NCBI GenBank assembly: GCA_963850905.1
Contig: CAWKMU010000003.1
Location: forward strand, 992,001-1,056,000
Direction of reading: 5' to 3'
Source of the DNA: an uncultured Gemmatimonadales bacterium
GTDB taxonomy: Bacteria; Gemmatimonadota; Gemmatimonadetes; Gemmatimonadales; Gemmatimonadaceae
Length of the DNA stretch: 64,000 nt
The notes below the pieces were generated by a model that ran no database searches, had not been told where the DNA came from, and was given only the letters and a program-made list of their open reading frames with translations. A program made the position numbers and the translations under genes. Positions 27,237-37,010 of the stretch are shown piece after piece (position 1 is the stretch's first letter; each line of letters starts with the position of its first letter).

Positions 27237-28800
27237 AGTCGAGCGCGCCGATCAGCGCGCGAGCTTTGTCCAGCGTCTCATGATACTCCGCTTCGGGCTC
27301 GGAGTCGGCGACGATCCCGCCGCCAGCGGAGAAGTACGCGCGGCCGTCGCGGACCAGGTACGTCCGGATGACGATGCTGGTGTCTGCGGCACCGGTGCCG
27401 CTCACGTACCCGAGCGCGCCGCAATACACGCCGCGCCGCGACGGCTCGAGCTCGGCAATGATCTCCATCGCCCGCACCTTGGGCGCACCGGTAATCGAGC
27501 CACCGGGGAATGCTGCGCGCAGGAGATCGATTGCGTCGTTGCCATCGGCCAACTGACCAACCACGGTCGACACGAGGTGGTGCACGGTGGAATAGTGCTC
27601 GAGGGTGAACAGCTCCGGCACCCGAACCGACCCCGGACGGCACGCTTTCGAAAGGTCGTTCCTCAGCAGGTCGACGATCATCAGATTTTCCGCGCGATCC
27701 TTCTCACTCTCGGTGAGGGCTCGGCCCAGGTGCGCATCGTGCTCTGGGCCGATCCCGCGCGGAGTCGTGCCCTTGATCGGCCGCGTCTCGACGTTGCCGG
27801 CGGCATCGACGCGAATGAATCGTTCCGGTGAGGCGCTGACGATGGCGAACTGTGGCGTCTCGAAATAGGCCGCAAAGGGTGCCGGGTTGAGCGTGCGCAG
27901 ATGGCGGTAGAGCGAGATCGCGTCCACGGTGAGCGCGGCCTCGAATCGCTGGGAGAGGTTGGCCTGGAAGATGTCACCGGCCAGGATGTACTCGCGCACG
28001 CGCGCGACTGCCTCCAGGTAGCCGTGATGCGAAAACGAGGACACGAGCCCGCGGTGGCCGGGCACGGGGAAAACAGGAGGCTGTTGCCGGTCACCGCCGC
28101 TTGCGGCCCGCGGCATCGCGTTCGCCGGTGCGGGGTCTGCAGCCGGCCGCTCTGCGGCGACCATCCCATCGCCTGCGAGGCGGTGACGCACCATGGCCAG
28201 TCGTTCGCGGGCCCGCGCGCGGCGTGCATCGGGATCCGTCTCTGGGGCGCCAGTCGACAGGATCCACGCGCGGGCGGCACGATGGTCCCACGACACGACC
28301 CAGTCGTAGAGCCCGAGCACGACGTCGGGGATGTTCAGGTCATCGTGGAGCGGTCTCGGGAGCCGCTCGAGCCACGCCCCGTAGTCGTACCCGACATACC
28401 CGGCCGCCCCTCCCTGAAACGGAGGCAGTTCCGGGACCGCCTCTGCGCGGAACGGCTCCAACAGTCCGCGCACGATCAGCAGCGGGTCGTCACCGGTTTG
28501 TCCCGCGCCGTTGTCGGGCCCCGTCACCCGGAACTCGTCATCGGTCACCCGGCTGTGGCGCTTCCCTGAGCCCCGATCCCCAACCCCTAACCCCGCCGTT
28601 CTGCTCTTCACCACCGTCCGCCCATCCTTCGCGACCACGACCGTTGAAGGGTCGGCCATCAGAAACGAGTACCGCCCAAGCCGAAGCGGATCGATTGCGC
28701 TATCGAGCAGCAACGCGTACGGCAGGTCGTGCACGCGATCGAGGGCCTCGAGGGGATCAGGGAGGAGCGTGAGCTCCTCGACTTCGAGCAAGCCTCGCAC
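27217..28800 (-). CDS. pabB: Aminodeoxychorismate synthase component I
   Basis: LLDSA, NPAPFAAY, SPERF, PIKGT (PabB-type Lys), AENLMIVDLLRND; start uncertain. Confidence 0.88.
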   Translation of the reverse strand: MRGLLEVEELTLLPDPLEALDRVHDLPYALLLDSAIDPLRLGRYSFLMADPSTVVVAKDGRTVVKSRTAGLGVGDRGSGKRHSRVTDDEFRVTGPDNGAGQTGDDPLLIVRGLLEPFRAEAVPELPPFQGGAAGYVGYDYGAWLERLPRPLHDDLNIPDVVLGLYDWVVSWDHRAARAWILSTGAPETDPDARRARARERLAMVRHRLAGDGMVAAERPAADPAPANAMPRAASGGDRQQPPVFPVPGHRGLVSSFSHHGYLEAVARVREYILAGDIFQANLSQRFEAALTVDAISLYRHLRTLNPAPFAAYFETPQFAIVSASPERFIRVDAAGNVETRPIKGTTPRGIGPEHDAHLGRALTESEKDRAENLMIVDLLRNDLSKACRPGSVRVPELFTLEHYSTVHHLVSTVVGQLADGNDAIDLLRAAFPGGSITGAPKVRAMEIIAELEPSRRGVYCGALGYVSGTGAADTSIVIRTYLVRDGRAYFSAGGGIVADSEPEAEYHETLDKARALIGALDYDPAHR

Positions 28801-28805
28801 GGGCG

Positions 28806-30233
28806 TTACGACTCCGGCTCCGTCCGCGTTCGTCGTGCGGTCACGCGGAGGTGTTCGCGACGTGGATCCTCGACCGGCGTGAGGTATCCCCACGCCAGCG
28901 ACCCCTCCTGGCGGTATGTCTTTCCCAGCGTGATCGCGAGCTTCGCTTTCGCCAACTCCTTTCCCAGGTAGAACGCGTGGGTCGCCTCGCCGACTGCGAG
29001 CTGCGAAAAGATCTCGTGGATGTCTGTGCCGCGGACGAAGCGCTCGCTGTTGAGCACCGTAATGGTGTCGCGGTCGGTAAAAATGCGAAAATTCGCGTCG
29101 GTGATCGATGCCTGCAGCGCCCGCAACTCCGCCTCGGAGTAGGCGAGGATCGCCGGGTCCTTCACCGTCACCAGCCGGTCGTCGATGTGCTTGGGTACGC
29201 TCCGCTTCGTCACCGCGTAATGCATGAGACGCCGTGCGATGTCGATTTCACGAACCGCGCCTCGTGCCCACGGGATCACCTCAGTCGTGAGCACAGCGCG
29301 AACGCCCAGCTCCTGACAGATGGCGATGAGGAGAGCGTGTACGCCGGTCGTGTCGGCGGCGGTGAGCTCGCTGATGTTGCCGATGCCCATGAGCAGAGCG
29401 GCACCCGGATAGCGGCGATGCACTTCGGCGTATCGCTCGATCGACGCTGCGAAGCCGAAGCCGATTGGCTCGATGATCGGGTCGATGAAGTACTCGACGC
29501 CCCAGCGCTCGAGCGCTGCGATGCTTGGGTCGAGCGTCTCGATGCCCCCGCCGAAGCTCGGGATCACGACGGCGCGCGTGCCGGTGCCTGCAAGATCGCG
29601 TGCGACAGCAAGGTTGGTATCATTGACACTGAACACGAGACGGGCCCCCGCCTCGACGGCCCGGCGGATCTCATCGACATCGAAGGAGTCGACACTCACG
29701 CGCATCCCAGCCGCGACGAGCTCGCGCACGATGTCGCCCAGACCGGGAAACGTCAGACCGGGCGTGCACCCGATATCGATGACGTCCGCCCCCGAGGCGT
29801 GAAAGTACTGCGCCATGTCCATGACCTGCTTCGGCTCGAGACGCGGCGCGTTGTTGATCTCGGCGACGATCTCGATGTTCCACTCCCCATACCCAGCCAC
29901 GAGCGGCGCCCGCCCGAAGTACTCGGGGATCTCACGCAGGTCCTTCGGACCGCGGACAACCTGCGTGTCCGGACCGGCAGTCGCGATGATGCGCTCGGCG
30001 AGCGGGGCGAGGTCGCCCTCGCACAGGCCGGGGATCATCACGAGATCGACCTCGCTCGGCACCTCGAGAAAGCGGCCGATCCATGTCGTCGTCATCAGCG
30101 CGGCGACCGTGATCTTGAGGACCGCAACCGAGTAGCTGAACGATGGCGCCATCTCGGCCAACGTCGCTCGCAACGCCGGCTCGGCGAGCCGGCCCGTGAC
30201 GAAGAGCACATGGCGCGGGCCGGCCGCGGACAT
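28806..30233 (-). CDS. Dihydropteroate-synthase-like H4MPT biosynthesis protein (Orf20-like)
   Basis: FVTGRLAE, GPKDLREIP, GADVIDIGC, DPIIEPIGFGF, HAFYLGKELAKA, YRQE. Confidence 0.85.
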   Translation of the reverse strand: MSAAGPRHVLFVTGRLAEPALRATLAEMAPSFSYSVAVLKITVAALMTTTWIGRFLEVPSEVDLVMIPGLCEGDLAPLAERIIATAGPDTQVVRGPKDLREIPEYFGRAPLVAGYGEWNIEIVAEINNAPRLEPKQVMDMAQYFHASGADVIDIGCTPGLTFPGLGDIVRELVAAGMRVSVDSFDVDEIRRAVEAGARLVFSVNDTNLAVARDLAGTGTRAVVIPSFGGGIETLDPSIAALERWGVEYFIDPIIEPIGFGFAASIERYAEVHRRYPGAALLMGIGNISELTAADTTGVHALLIAICQELGVRAVLTTEVIPWARGAVREIDIARRLMHYAVTKRSVPKHIDDRLVTVKDPAILAYSEAELRALQASITDANFRIFTDRDTITVLNSERFVRGTDIHEIFSQLAVGEATHAFYLGKELAKAKLAITLGKTYRQEGSLAWGYLTPVEDPRREHLRVTARRTRTEPES

Positions 30234-30244
30234 GGGAAGGCCGG

Positions 30245-30607
30245 TCAGCGCCGATCGCCGCTCTGTACGAACTTCTTTGGATTGCCCTCGAGCGCGCCAC
30301 CGACAGCCGGACGCCACAGGACGCTCTCTTCGATCTTGCGGGCAAGATCGAAGTCTTTGTCGGTGATGCCGCCGGCGCTGTGTGTCTGGAGCTTCACGCC
30401 GACCCGCGCCCAGGTGACGCTCAGGTCAGGGTGATGGTTGGCCGCCTCGGCGACGAACGCGATGGCATTCACGAGCATGAGCGTGATCGGCCATCCGTCT
30501 GTCTTGTAGTAGCGGCGGATCCATCCGTCCTCATAGTACCAGCCCGGCAACGTCGCGAGCTTGGTCTCGATTTCCTGCTCGGTGAGCGTCAGTTCGAGTT
30601 TAGACAT
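30245..30607 (-). CDS. Pterin-4a-carbinolamine dehydratase family protein
   Basis: AEAANHHPDL and THSAGGITDKDFDLA. Confidence 0.9.
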   Translation of the reverse strand: MSKLELTLTEQEIETKLATLPGWYYEDGWIRRYYKTDGWPITLMLVNAIAFVAEAANHHPDLSVTWARVGVKLQTHSAGGITDKDFDLARKIEESVLWRPAVGGALEGNPKKFVQSGDRR

Positions 30608-30618
30608 GGAGGGAACCC

Positions 30619-30775
30619 TGGACGTTAGACGTTGGACGCTCGACGCTAGGCCTTGGACGCTGGACGTTGGACGTTGGACGTTGGACGCTAGACGTTGGAG
30701 GACAAACGTGAAGTCAACTAAGTCCGCCGTCGCTGGCCCTCGAAGTTGTTCCAGCGTCCAGCGCCTAACGTCTAG
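30619..30775. repeat. Palindromic element with a long (TRGACGY)n arm
   Basis: About 11 degenerate heptamers on the left and 3-4 inverted units on the right; the right arm contains the SDR stop codon. Confidence 0.85.
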
Positions 30776-31569
30776 CCCATGACCACCCCACCGTTCACAA
30801 AGATAGTCTGGCCTGTCAGAAAGGCCGCGGCGGGCGAGGCCAGATACACTGCGGCAGCTGCGACGTCGTCGGGAGTTCCCCAGCGCCCAAGTGGCGTGGC
30901 TGCGGCGACCGAGTGGCGGCGAGTCTCGTCCAGCTCGCTCGCAAACGCCGTGTCGATCCAGCCCGGGGCGAGCACATTGACGCGGACCTTCGGCGCAACA
31001 GAGCGCGCGAGAGACTTGCTGAAGGCAAGCACGCCTCCCTTCACAGCCGCAAACATCTGCGGGTTCCGGCCTTCCATGCCTGTGAGCACATGGTCCCAGC
31101 TCATGTTGATGATGAGACCGCCCGCCGGCTGTGCTTCGAGGGTGCGCGCTGCATGCCACGACGCGATGATTGTTCCTCGCAGGTCGACGGCCAACAGGAG
31201 ATCGAGCTTAGCGGTCGCAGGGAGATCCGCGCCAGGTCCGGTCAGGATGTCGGCGCCGGCATTGTTGATCCACACGTCGATCTTGCCGAGGTCACGGTCG
31301 AATGCACGCGTGAGCTCGTGCAGGCTGTGCTCGACCAGCGCGCCGTCCGCCAGGTCGAGTCGTGTGACGGTTGCGCGTCGGCCTGACCGACGAATCATCG
31401 CTGCCGTTTCCTGGCCTCCGGCTTCGTCGTGCGCGAACGTGAGCGCGACGTCGGCACCGGCAGCCGCGGCCGCGACGCCGATGGCGCGGCCGATGCCACT
31501 CGACGCACCGGTCACGAGAACGGTGAGACCGGCGAGGGAAAAGGGAGGCGCGTTAGGTATGGCAGGCAT
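30772..31569 (-). CDS. Short-chain dehydrogenase/reductase with atypical FxxxK motif
   Basis: TGASSGIG, INNAG, VNVLAPGWIDT, TPLGRWG; FAAVK where YxxxK is expected. Confidence 0.88.
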   Translation of the reverse strand: MPAIPNAPPFSLAGLTVLVTGASSGIGRAIGVAAAAAGADVALTFAHDEAGGQETAAMIRRSGRRATVTRLDLADGALVEHSLHELTRAFDRDLGKIDVWINNAGADILTGPGADLPATAKLDLLLAVDLRGTIIASWHAARTLEAQPAGGLIINMSWDHVLTGMEGRNPQMFAAVKGGVLAFSKSLARSVAPKVRVNVLAPGWIDTAFASELDETRRHSVAAATPLGRWGTPDDVAAAAVYLASPAAAFLTGQTIFVNGGVVMG

Positions 31570-31585
31570 GGCAGGTATGGCAGGC

Positions 31586-31715
31586 TAGACGCTGGACGTT
31601 GAGTATTAGACGCTGGACGCTAGACGCTAGAACTAAACACAAGGGCCTGTCACAGTGCACGGCGCCAGACCCCCGGTTAGTTCTCCAGCGTCTAGCGTCT
31701 AGCGTCCAGCGTCTA
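31586..31715. repeat. Palindromic element with (TRGACGY)n arms
   Basis: Core resembles the reverse complement of the core at 2590-2642. Confidence 0.85.
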
Positions 31716-31727
31716 TTGTTTCCCCCC

Positions 31728-32462
31728 ATGCGTCTCCTGATCAGCGTCCGCAACGCGGACGAGGCGGCAGTCGCGGTCGACGCGGGGGCCGACATCGTCG
31801 ACGCCAAGGATCCGGCGCAGGGTGCGCTGGGGCCCGTGACTGCCGATGCACTCGCCGCGATCGCGAGGGCCGTGGCTGGCAGGCGGCCGGTGAGCGCCGC
31901 CCTCGGCGATCTGGGCACCGATCACCCTGCGATCGCGATCCAGGCCGCGGCGTGTGCTGCGGCGCGAGCCGGCGTCACCGTAGCGAAAGTGGGTGTCGAT
32001 CCGCGAACCCCACTTTGCGAGGATCTGACGGCCGTCGACCGTGTCCTTGCTGTTGAGCTCTGCGGCCACGCCGAAACGACTTGGCCCTTCGACGTGGTGC
32101 TTGGTCTTTACGGCGATCTGCTTTCTGCGGCCAGGTGTCCCCCCGACCTCGTCGTGGACACCGCCATCCAGTCGGGCGCTGCGGGGCTCTTGCTGGACAC
32201 GGCGCGCAAAGACGGCCGCTCGCTGTTCGACGTCATGGCGCCCAGCCGGGTTGCGGCTTGGGTGACGGCGGCACACGCAGCCGGTCTTTTCGTGACGCTC
32301 GCCGGCTCGCTTGGCGTTGATGACGTGTCAGCAGCTCGCGACTGCGGGGCCGACATCATGGGTGTCCGGGGTGCCGCGTGCTCTGGCGGCCGATGCGGCA
32401 GCATCGCGGTGGAGCGGGTCCGGGCTCTTGTGCGCGCCGTCAGGGGCGACTCGCCCCCGTAG
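31728..32462 (+). CDS. mfnB: (5-formylfuran-3-yl)methyl phosphate synthase (DUF556)
   Basis: MRLLISVRN..EA, GADIVDAKDP..GALG, LLDTARKDG, LAGSL, GVRGAAC. Confidence 0.88.
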   Translation: MRLLISVRNADEAAVAVDAGADIVDAKDPAQGALGPVTADALAAIARAVAGRRPVSAALGDLGTDHPAIAIQAAACAAARAGVTVAKVGVDPRTPLCEDLTAVDRVLAVELCGHAETTWPFDVVLGLYGDLLSAARCPPDLVVDTAIQSGAAGLLLDTARKDGRSLFDVMAPSRVAAWVTAAHAAGLFVTLAGSLGVDDVSAARDCGADIMGVRGAACSGGRCGSIAVERVRALVRAVRGDSPP

Positions 32463-35184
32463 ACGGTCCCGAATCAGGATTCGCGCTGGCTCCGAGCAGC
32501 GCGCGCTGGAAGGCAGGGTTGGTCCGCAGCCCGTCCCATTCCGGATCGGCACGAAAGTACGCCGCCGACTTGCCAGTCGGCAGCTGCAGCATCCGGATGA
32601 CTTGTGCAACTGCGTTCTTGACGTCCCCCAGGTGGTTGTATGCGTCCGCAAGCGCTTCGGCCTCGTCTGCAGTCTGGGGGGCCGGATTGTCGGGCATCGT
32701 GGCGTCCTGTTGGATCGCAGCGATACCTTGCTCGGCTACATTGCGCCGGCCCGCGGCAGCGCCCACCACAGCCATGACGCGGTGCCCGACCTCTTCGAGC
32801 GGGCCGGTAAACGCGTGGCGATGCACGAAGCGCAGCGCGCTATCGGCGTAGGCTTTCTCCAACGAGGCGCGACGCTCGCGCTCGTAGAGATCCATCTTGC
32901 CGAGATAGAAATTCGCGGTGTCGAAAAACTGCTGGGGCCGCAGGTCCGCCAGCTGCAATGATTCGAGCCGTGGCCAATCGCTGGCGCCCTGAGTTCCGAC
33001 CTCGTTCACGAACATCTGCACGTTCGTCTGCGGAATTGCGGCCCGCTCGCGATCGAGGGCCTTTCGAGCCGCGACCGTGTCGCCGTAGCCTTCGAAGGCG
33101 ATGCGCATCAAAGTCGTGTAGCCAGACCAGTCATGCGGCGCCACGGCAATCAGACGCTCGGCGTAATTCTTCGCTTCGTCGTACCGTCGGTACTGATACG
33201 TCCGATTTGCCACGGCTGCCAGCGCGTCGGCGGACTTCGGGTCCAGTTGCACCGCGCGCTCCAGATTGGCGATGCCCTCGTCCACTCGGCCGACCTGAAT
33301 TTGGGCGTCACCCAAGTGCTGCAGAAGCTCTGCGTCGTTTGGACGCTCGGCCTGCGCACGGACGAATTCGTCATACGCCTCGCGCTGGTTGTGCTCGAAC
33401 GCGAGCAGATACTGCGCCCGCTCCAGATGTCCATCCGCGAGGTTGGGATCGAGGCGCAGCGCGGAATCGAGCGCCCGTTTCGCCGCCACCTGCCGTGTCG
33501 TGTCGGACAGGTCGAGAAGAGCCCACACCACTTCGTCGCCGCCGAGCAGTGCCAGCGCCTGCGCGAACTTCGGGTCGAGCTTGGCAGCCTCTTGGTACTC
33601 CTGGATGGATCGCTGCAACAGCTCTGGTGAGAGAGTGTGCGCTGAGTCCTGTTCGGTGTCGTAGTGGCGGCCACGAAGATAGGCATCGTACGCGGCGGGC
33701 ACGTGTGTCATTCTCCTCGTTAGTGCCATCTCGTCGTGTTGCTCGAGCACGAGTCCCAACGCATCCGCGACCTTTGTCGCCACATCGGTTTGCACTTGAA
33801 AGACGTCGGAGGGCTGCACCACGTACGGCCCAGGCGCCAGCTTGGTCGTCTCATCGGCCGCGTCGACGAGCGTCGGGCTGATCTGGACTTCCGGGGCGCC
33901 GGATGAGTTCGACGCCCACCGCACGGTGCCTTCGAGGAGGTATTGTACCCCCAGATCGCGTCCGATTTGCCGTGGTGTCGCCTTCGTATCCTTGTATTGA
34001 TTCGCGCTGCGCGGATCGATCACACCGAGATGGTGAAGGCTCGCCAGGCGGTTTGTGATTGCCTCCGTCAGTCCGTCGGCGAAATACGCGTCCGAGGGAG
34101 GGCCCTCGTTCTGGAACGGGAGGACGACGATCTTGGGCTCGGAGTGCTTCTCGTGTGCAGCTCCGCGACTGCGAACGATCGCGAGCGTCGCGCCCACGAT
34201 CGAGACCGCGCCGACGACCGCAAGTGCCGCGATCAGTGCGCGCGGCAGCCGCGTGGCTCGCGCAGCATTGGCTCGCGCAGCCGGTACCGCCGCGCCGCCG
34301 TATGCCGGGTACGCGGAGGAAGTGACTGGCGTGACCGGCATGGTGTCGAGCGTCTGAACGATCTCTGACGCCGACTGAGGGCGATCGGCGGGCCGCTTCT
34401 CGAGGCAGCGCATCACCAGAGCCGCGAACGCCGCGGGAACCGCTGGCCGTCTGCGCTCGACTGGTTCAGGAGCTTCCACGGCATGCGCTGCCATCAGCGC
34501 CTGCGTCGGCCTGCCGGCAAAGGGAGGCTGGCCAGTCAACATCTCGTACGCCATCGCCCCAAACGAATAAATGTCCGCCCGCGCATCGGTGGTCGGATCA
34601 GCGGCGGCTTGCTCGGGCGCCATGTACGCTGGTGTCCCGAGCGCGATGCCGAGTCCGGTCAGTTGTCCGGTGGGGTTGGGCGTGACCGCGGCACTGAGTG
34701 CCTTGGCCACGCCGAAATCCGTGACCATGGCGGCGCCGCCGGAAATCAGGATATTGTCCGGCTTGATGTCTCGATGCACGACGCCGTTGGTGTGTGCGTA
34801 CGCCAACGCGGACGCCACTTCACGCAGGTATCGGATCGCGGTCTGGATCGGCAACTCACCGGAGCGATCGACAGCGACGCGGAGCGACTCGCCCTCGACG
34901 AACGGCATGGTGAAGTAGGGCAGGCCGTCCGTCTCGCCCGCTGTCAGCAGCGGGACGATGTGTGGATGCTGCAGGCGCGCCGCGAGCACGATCTCGCGCC
35001 GGAAGCGGTCGATGTTGACGCCCGCCGCCAGCTCGGGTGGCAACACCTTGATCACGACGGTACGATCGAGCGCTGTCTCGCGTGCGAGGAAGACGCGGCT
35101 CATCCCCCCGCCGCCGAGCTCGCGATCGAGCACGTAGGCGCTGCCCAGCGTTCGTTGCAGTGTGTCTTTCAGCCCGTCGGTCAT
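32440..35184 (-). CDS. Ser/Thr kinase with TM, TolB-N-like and TPR domains
   Basis: GGGGMS, HRDIKPDN, DFG, APEQ; VVLPFQN..YFADGLTE; TPR-like helices. Confidence 0.92.
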   Translation of the reverse strand: MTDGLKDTLQRTLGSAYVLDRELGGGGMSRVFLARETALDRTVVIKVLPPELAAGVNIDRFRREIVLAARLQHPHIVPLLTAGETDGLPYFTMPFVEGESLRVAVDRSGELPIQTAIRYLREVASALAYAHTNGVVHRDIKPDNILISGGAAMVTDFGVAKALSAAVTPNPTGQLTGLGIALGTPAYMAPEQAAADPTTDARADIYSFGAMAYEMLTGQPPFAGRPTQALMAAHAVEAPEPVERRRPAVPAAFAALVMRCLEKRPADRPQSASEIVQTLDTMPVTPVTSSAYPAYGGAAVPAARANAARATRLPRALIAALAVVGAVSIVGATLAIVRSRGAAHEKHSEPKIVVLPFQNEGPPSDAYFADGLTEAITNRLASLHHLGVIDPRSANQYKDTKATPRQIGRDLGVQYLLEGTVRWASNSSGAPEVQISPTLVDAADETTKLAPGPYVVQPSDVFQVQTDVATKVADALGLVLEQHDEMALTRRMTHVPAAYDAYLRGRHYDTEQDSAHTLSPELLQRSIQEYQEAAKLDPKFAQALALLGGDEVVWALLDLSDTTRQVAAKRALDSALRLDPNLADGHLERAQYLLAFEHNQREAYDEFVRAQAERPNDAELLQHLGDAQIQVGRVDEGIANLERAVQLDPKSADALAAVANRTYQYRRYDEAKNYAERLIAVAPHDWSGYTTLMRIAFEGYGDTVAARKALDRERAAIPQTNVQMFVNEVGTQGASDWPRLESLQLADLRPQQFFDTANFYLGKMDLYERERRASLEKAYADSALRFVHRHAFTGPLEEVGHRVMAVVGAAAGRRNVAEQGIAAIQQDATMPDNPAPQTADEAEALADAYNHLGDVKNAVAQVIRMLQLPTGKSAAYFRADPEWDGLRTNPAFQRALLGASANPDSGPSTGASRP

Positions 35185-35322
35185 AGTCGTCGATCGCTCG
35201 TCTTCACTTCTTCACTACGGTTTGCCGCACGATCAGGTTCTTGCGTCCGAGCGGGCCTGGTCGCAGCACGTCCAAGTAGTACCGGGACCAAGCGAGAAGG
35301 TGCCGGCTGGCGCCACGTTCGG

Positions 35323-35940
35323 TCAAGTTCCTCCGGTCTTCTCGGCCGTTTCCCATGCTCGAGCGACGAGCGCCCGGGGTCCAGTCACCGTTACGCGCAC
35401 GTTGCGTCCGGCCTTCGCGCCAGCTTCGAGGACCGTGTGGAAGTACGTATCTGTGACGGCGTCCGCAGGACCGGTCGTCGCTTTCACCAGCAGCAGCTCT
35501 GCCGCGCCAAGCTCGATCGCGATCCACGCCGCAATGCTGTCGCTCGTGACGGACCACGAATGCGGCAGGGGATCGCGCGCCCGCAGCCAGCGGTACGGGG
35601 CCAGCACGGGTAGGCGGTGGGCCTCATGGACCAATCGGGCCTCATCGGCGGACTCGACGAGGGCAGCGACAGGCGTTCGAGCTACCAGCAAGTGCGCATG
35701 CTGATCCATACCCAGGATCGCCATCCAATGCGCGGCATCATCTCCCGCGGCCAGCTGCCAATCGACCTCTCGGACCGTGTCCGCGAACGGGCCTCCGCCG
35801 GGCACGACCAGCAGCGGAGGGCCGTCGCGGTGCCGTGCGGCGAGTGACTCGAGGGCGTGTACCAGGCAGGCAAAGGATGCGGGATCCTCGATCAGGGCGC
35901 CGCCGACCTTGATGACTGTTTCGACACACGAATCCCTCAT
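35323..35940 (-). CDS. Amino-acid-kinase-family protein (MfnE/Orf21-like)
   Basis: VIKVGG, VPGGGPFADTVR, AHWMAILGM, PHSWSVTSDSIA. Confidence 0.85.
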   Translation of the reverse strand: MRDSCVETVIKVGGALIEDPASFACLVHALESLAARHRDGPPLLVVPGGGPFADTVREVDWQLAAGDDAAHWMAILGMDQHAHLLVARTPVAALVESADEARLVHEAHRLPVLAPYRWLRARDPLPHSWSVTSDSIAAWIAIELGAAELLLVKATTGPADAVTDTYFHTVLEAGAKAGRNVRVTVTGPRALVARAWETAEKTGGT

Positions 35941-37001
35941 ACCGTGTCCGCTCGAGCGCGGAGCAAGGCAACTGCCACCGCGGGGGCAACGTGGGCGGCA
36001 TCCACGCCCCACTCGTTGGCAAGGTGTCTCACCCGGAGTCCCGCGCCGGCTGCCGCATCGGCGGCGATGAAATCACCGACTCCCATCACGATAGCGGTCT
36101 CGATTGCGGGATGACGTGAGGCGACACGCGCGATCGCGGTCGCCGTGCGCTCGCGTTGATGTCTGGCGATCGCGGCGGCAATGTGGTCGATTGCCGCGTC
36201 ATCCAGCAGCTCGCGGTCTCCGCAGACGACACGAGCGAGCCGCTCACCCGCGGCGGCCCGCGACGCGGGGCGGCCGTCGGGCGTCGGTACGGAGTAGGCA
36301 GACTCCGGAAGCAGGCGGCGCCACAGATAGACGTCGCCCGCGAGCGCAAACGCCTCCGCACTGACGCCAGCTTCCGAATCTGTGAGCGGCACGACGTGCG
36401 TGATCGCTTCGACGGGTGTGCGGACCGCGCCCAGGTACAGGAGCTCGCCCGTGCGAAGTCGGTCGGGATCCGTCCACCCCTCGGCCCTCACCGTGCCATC
36501 GACGATCGGAATGATGTCGGTCGTTGTCGTCCCAATGTCGACGAGTATCGCGTTCTCGACTACGGAGGCGACGGCGCGCGCGGTCGCCGACCAATTTGCC
36601 GCGGCGACGGCCATGGGTCTTGCCCTGGCGTCGCCGGGAGACACAAAGGCGCCGCCCGTCGTGTAGACGCTCACCTCGGAACGCGGAAAGGAGCGCACCA
36701 CGGCGTCGAGGATGAAATCGACGCCATCGCGTTTGCGCCGGAACATCTGGGACAGCTCGGCCGTCATTGTGACGGCGTGCACGTCCGAATCGCCAGCGCC
36801 GATAGCGCCAGCGAGCGACGTCAGCAGCGATGACAGGGCGGCGGGGTCCCGTTGGATCTCAAAGGGACGGATCGCGGTGGCAAAATCCGGGGAGTTGGCG
36901 GGTCCAGCTCGCAACAGGTCTCGCTCCCCGACGGATAGGCGTGCGACCTTCGTATTCACACCCCCGATGTCCCACCCGACGACCGCGCGCTCTGTGTTCA
37001 T
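35937..37001 (-). CDS. Hydantoinase-A-like H4MPT-linked protein (MfnF/Orf9-like)
   Basis: GWDIGGVNTK, VTMTAELS, AAANW, DIGTTTTDIIP, GELLYLGAVRTP. Confidence 0.85.
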   Translation of the reverse strand: MNTERAVVGWDIGGVNTKVARLSVGERDLLRAGPANSPDFATAIRPFEIQRDPAALSSLLTSLAGAIGAGDSDVHAVTMTAELSQMFRRKRDGVDFILDAVVRSFPRSEVSVYTTGGAFVSPGDARARPMAVAAANWSATARAVASVVENAILVDIGTTTTDIIPIVDGTVRAEGWTDPDRLRTGELLYLGAVRTPVEAITHVVPLTDSEAGVSAEAFALAGDVYLWRRLLPESAYSVPTPDGRPASRAAAGERLARVVCGDRELLDDAAIDHIAAAIARHQRERTATAIARVASRHPAIETAIVMGVGDFIAADAAAGAGLRVRHLANEWGVDAAHVAPAVAVALLRARADTV

Positions 37002-37010
37002 ATTCCCGTC

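Noticed and set aside
26532..28800. Anthranilate synthase trpE/trpG
   Set aside because: The PIKGT motif and the context (PabC-like, mptG, no trp genes) favour pabB/pabA.
28851..30434. Long antisense and alternate-frame ORFs (this 527-aa ORF, 44148-45905, 16893-18206 and many others)
   Set aside because: They shadow well-supported genes in GC-rich DNA and have no recognisable motifs.
31556..31584. 9-nt tandem (ATGGCAGGY)x3 at the SDR start
   Set aside because: Short, in-frame and single-site; no evidence of phase variation.
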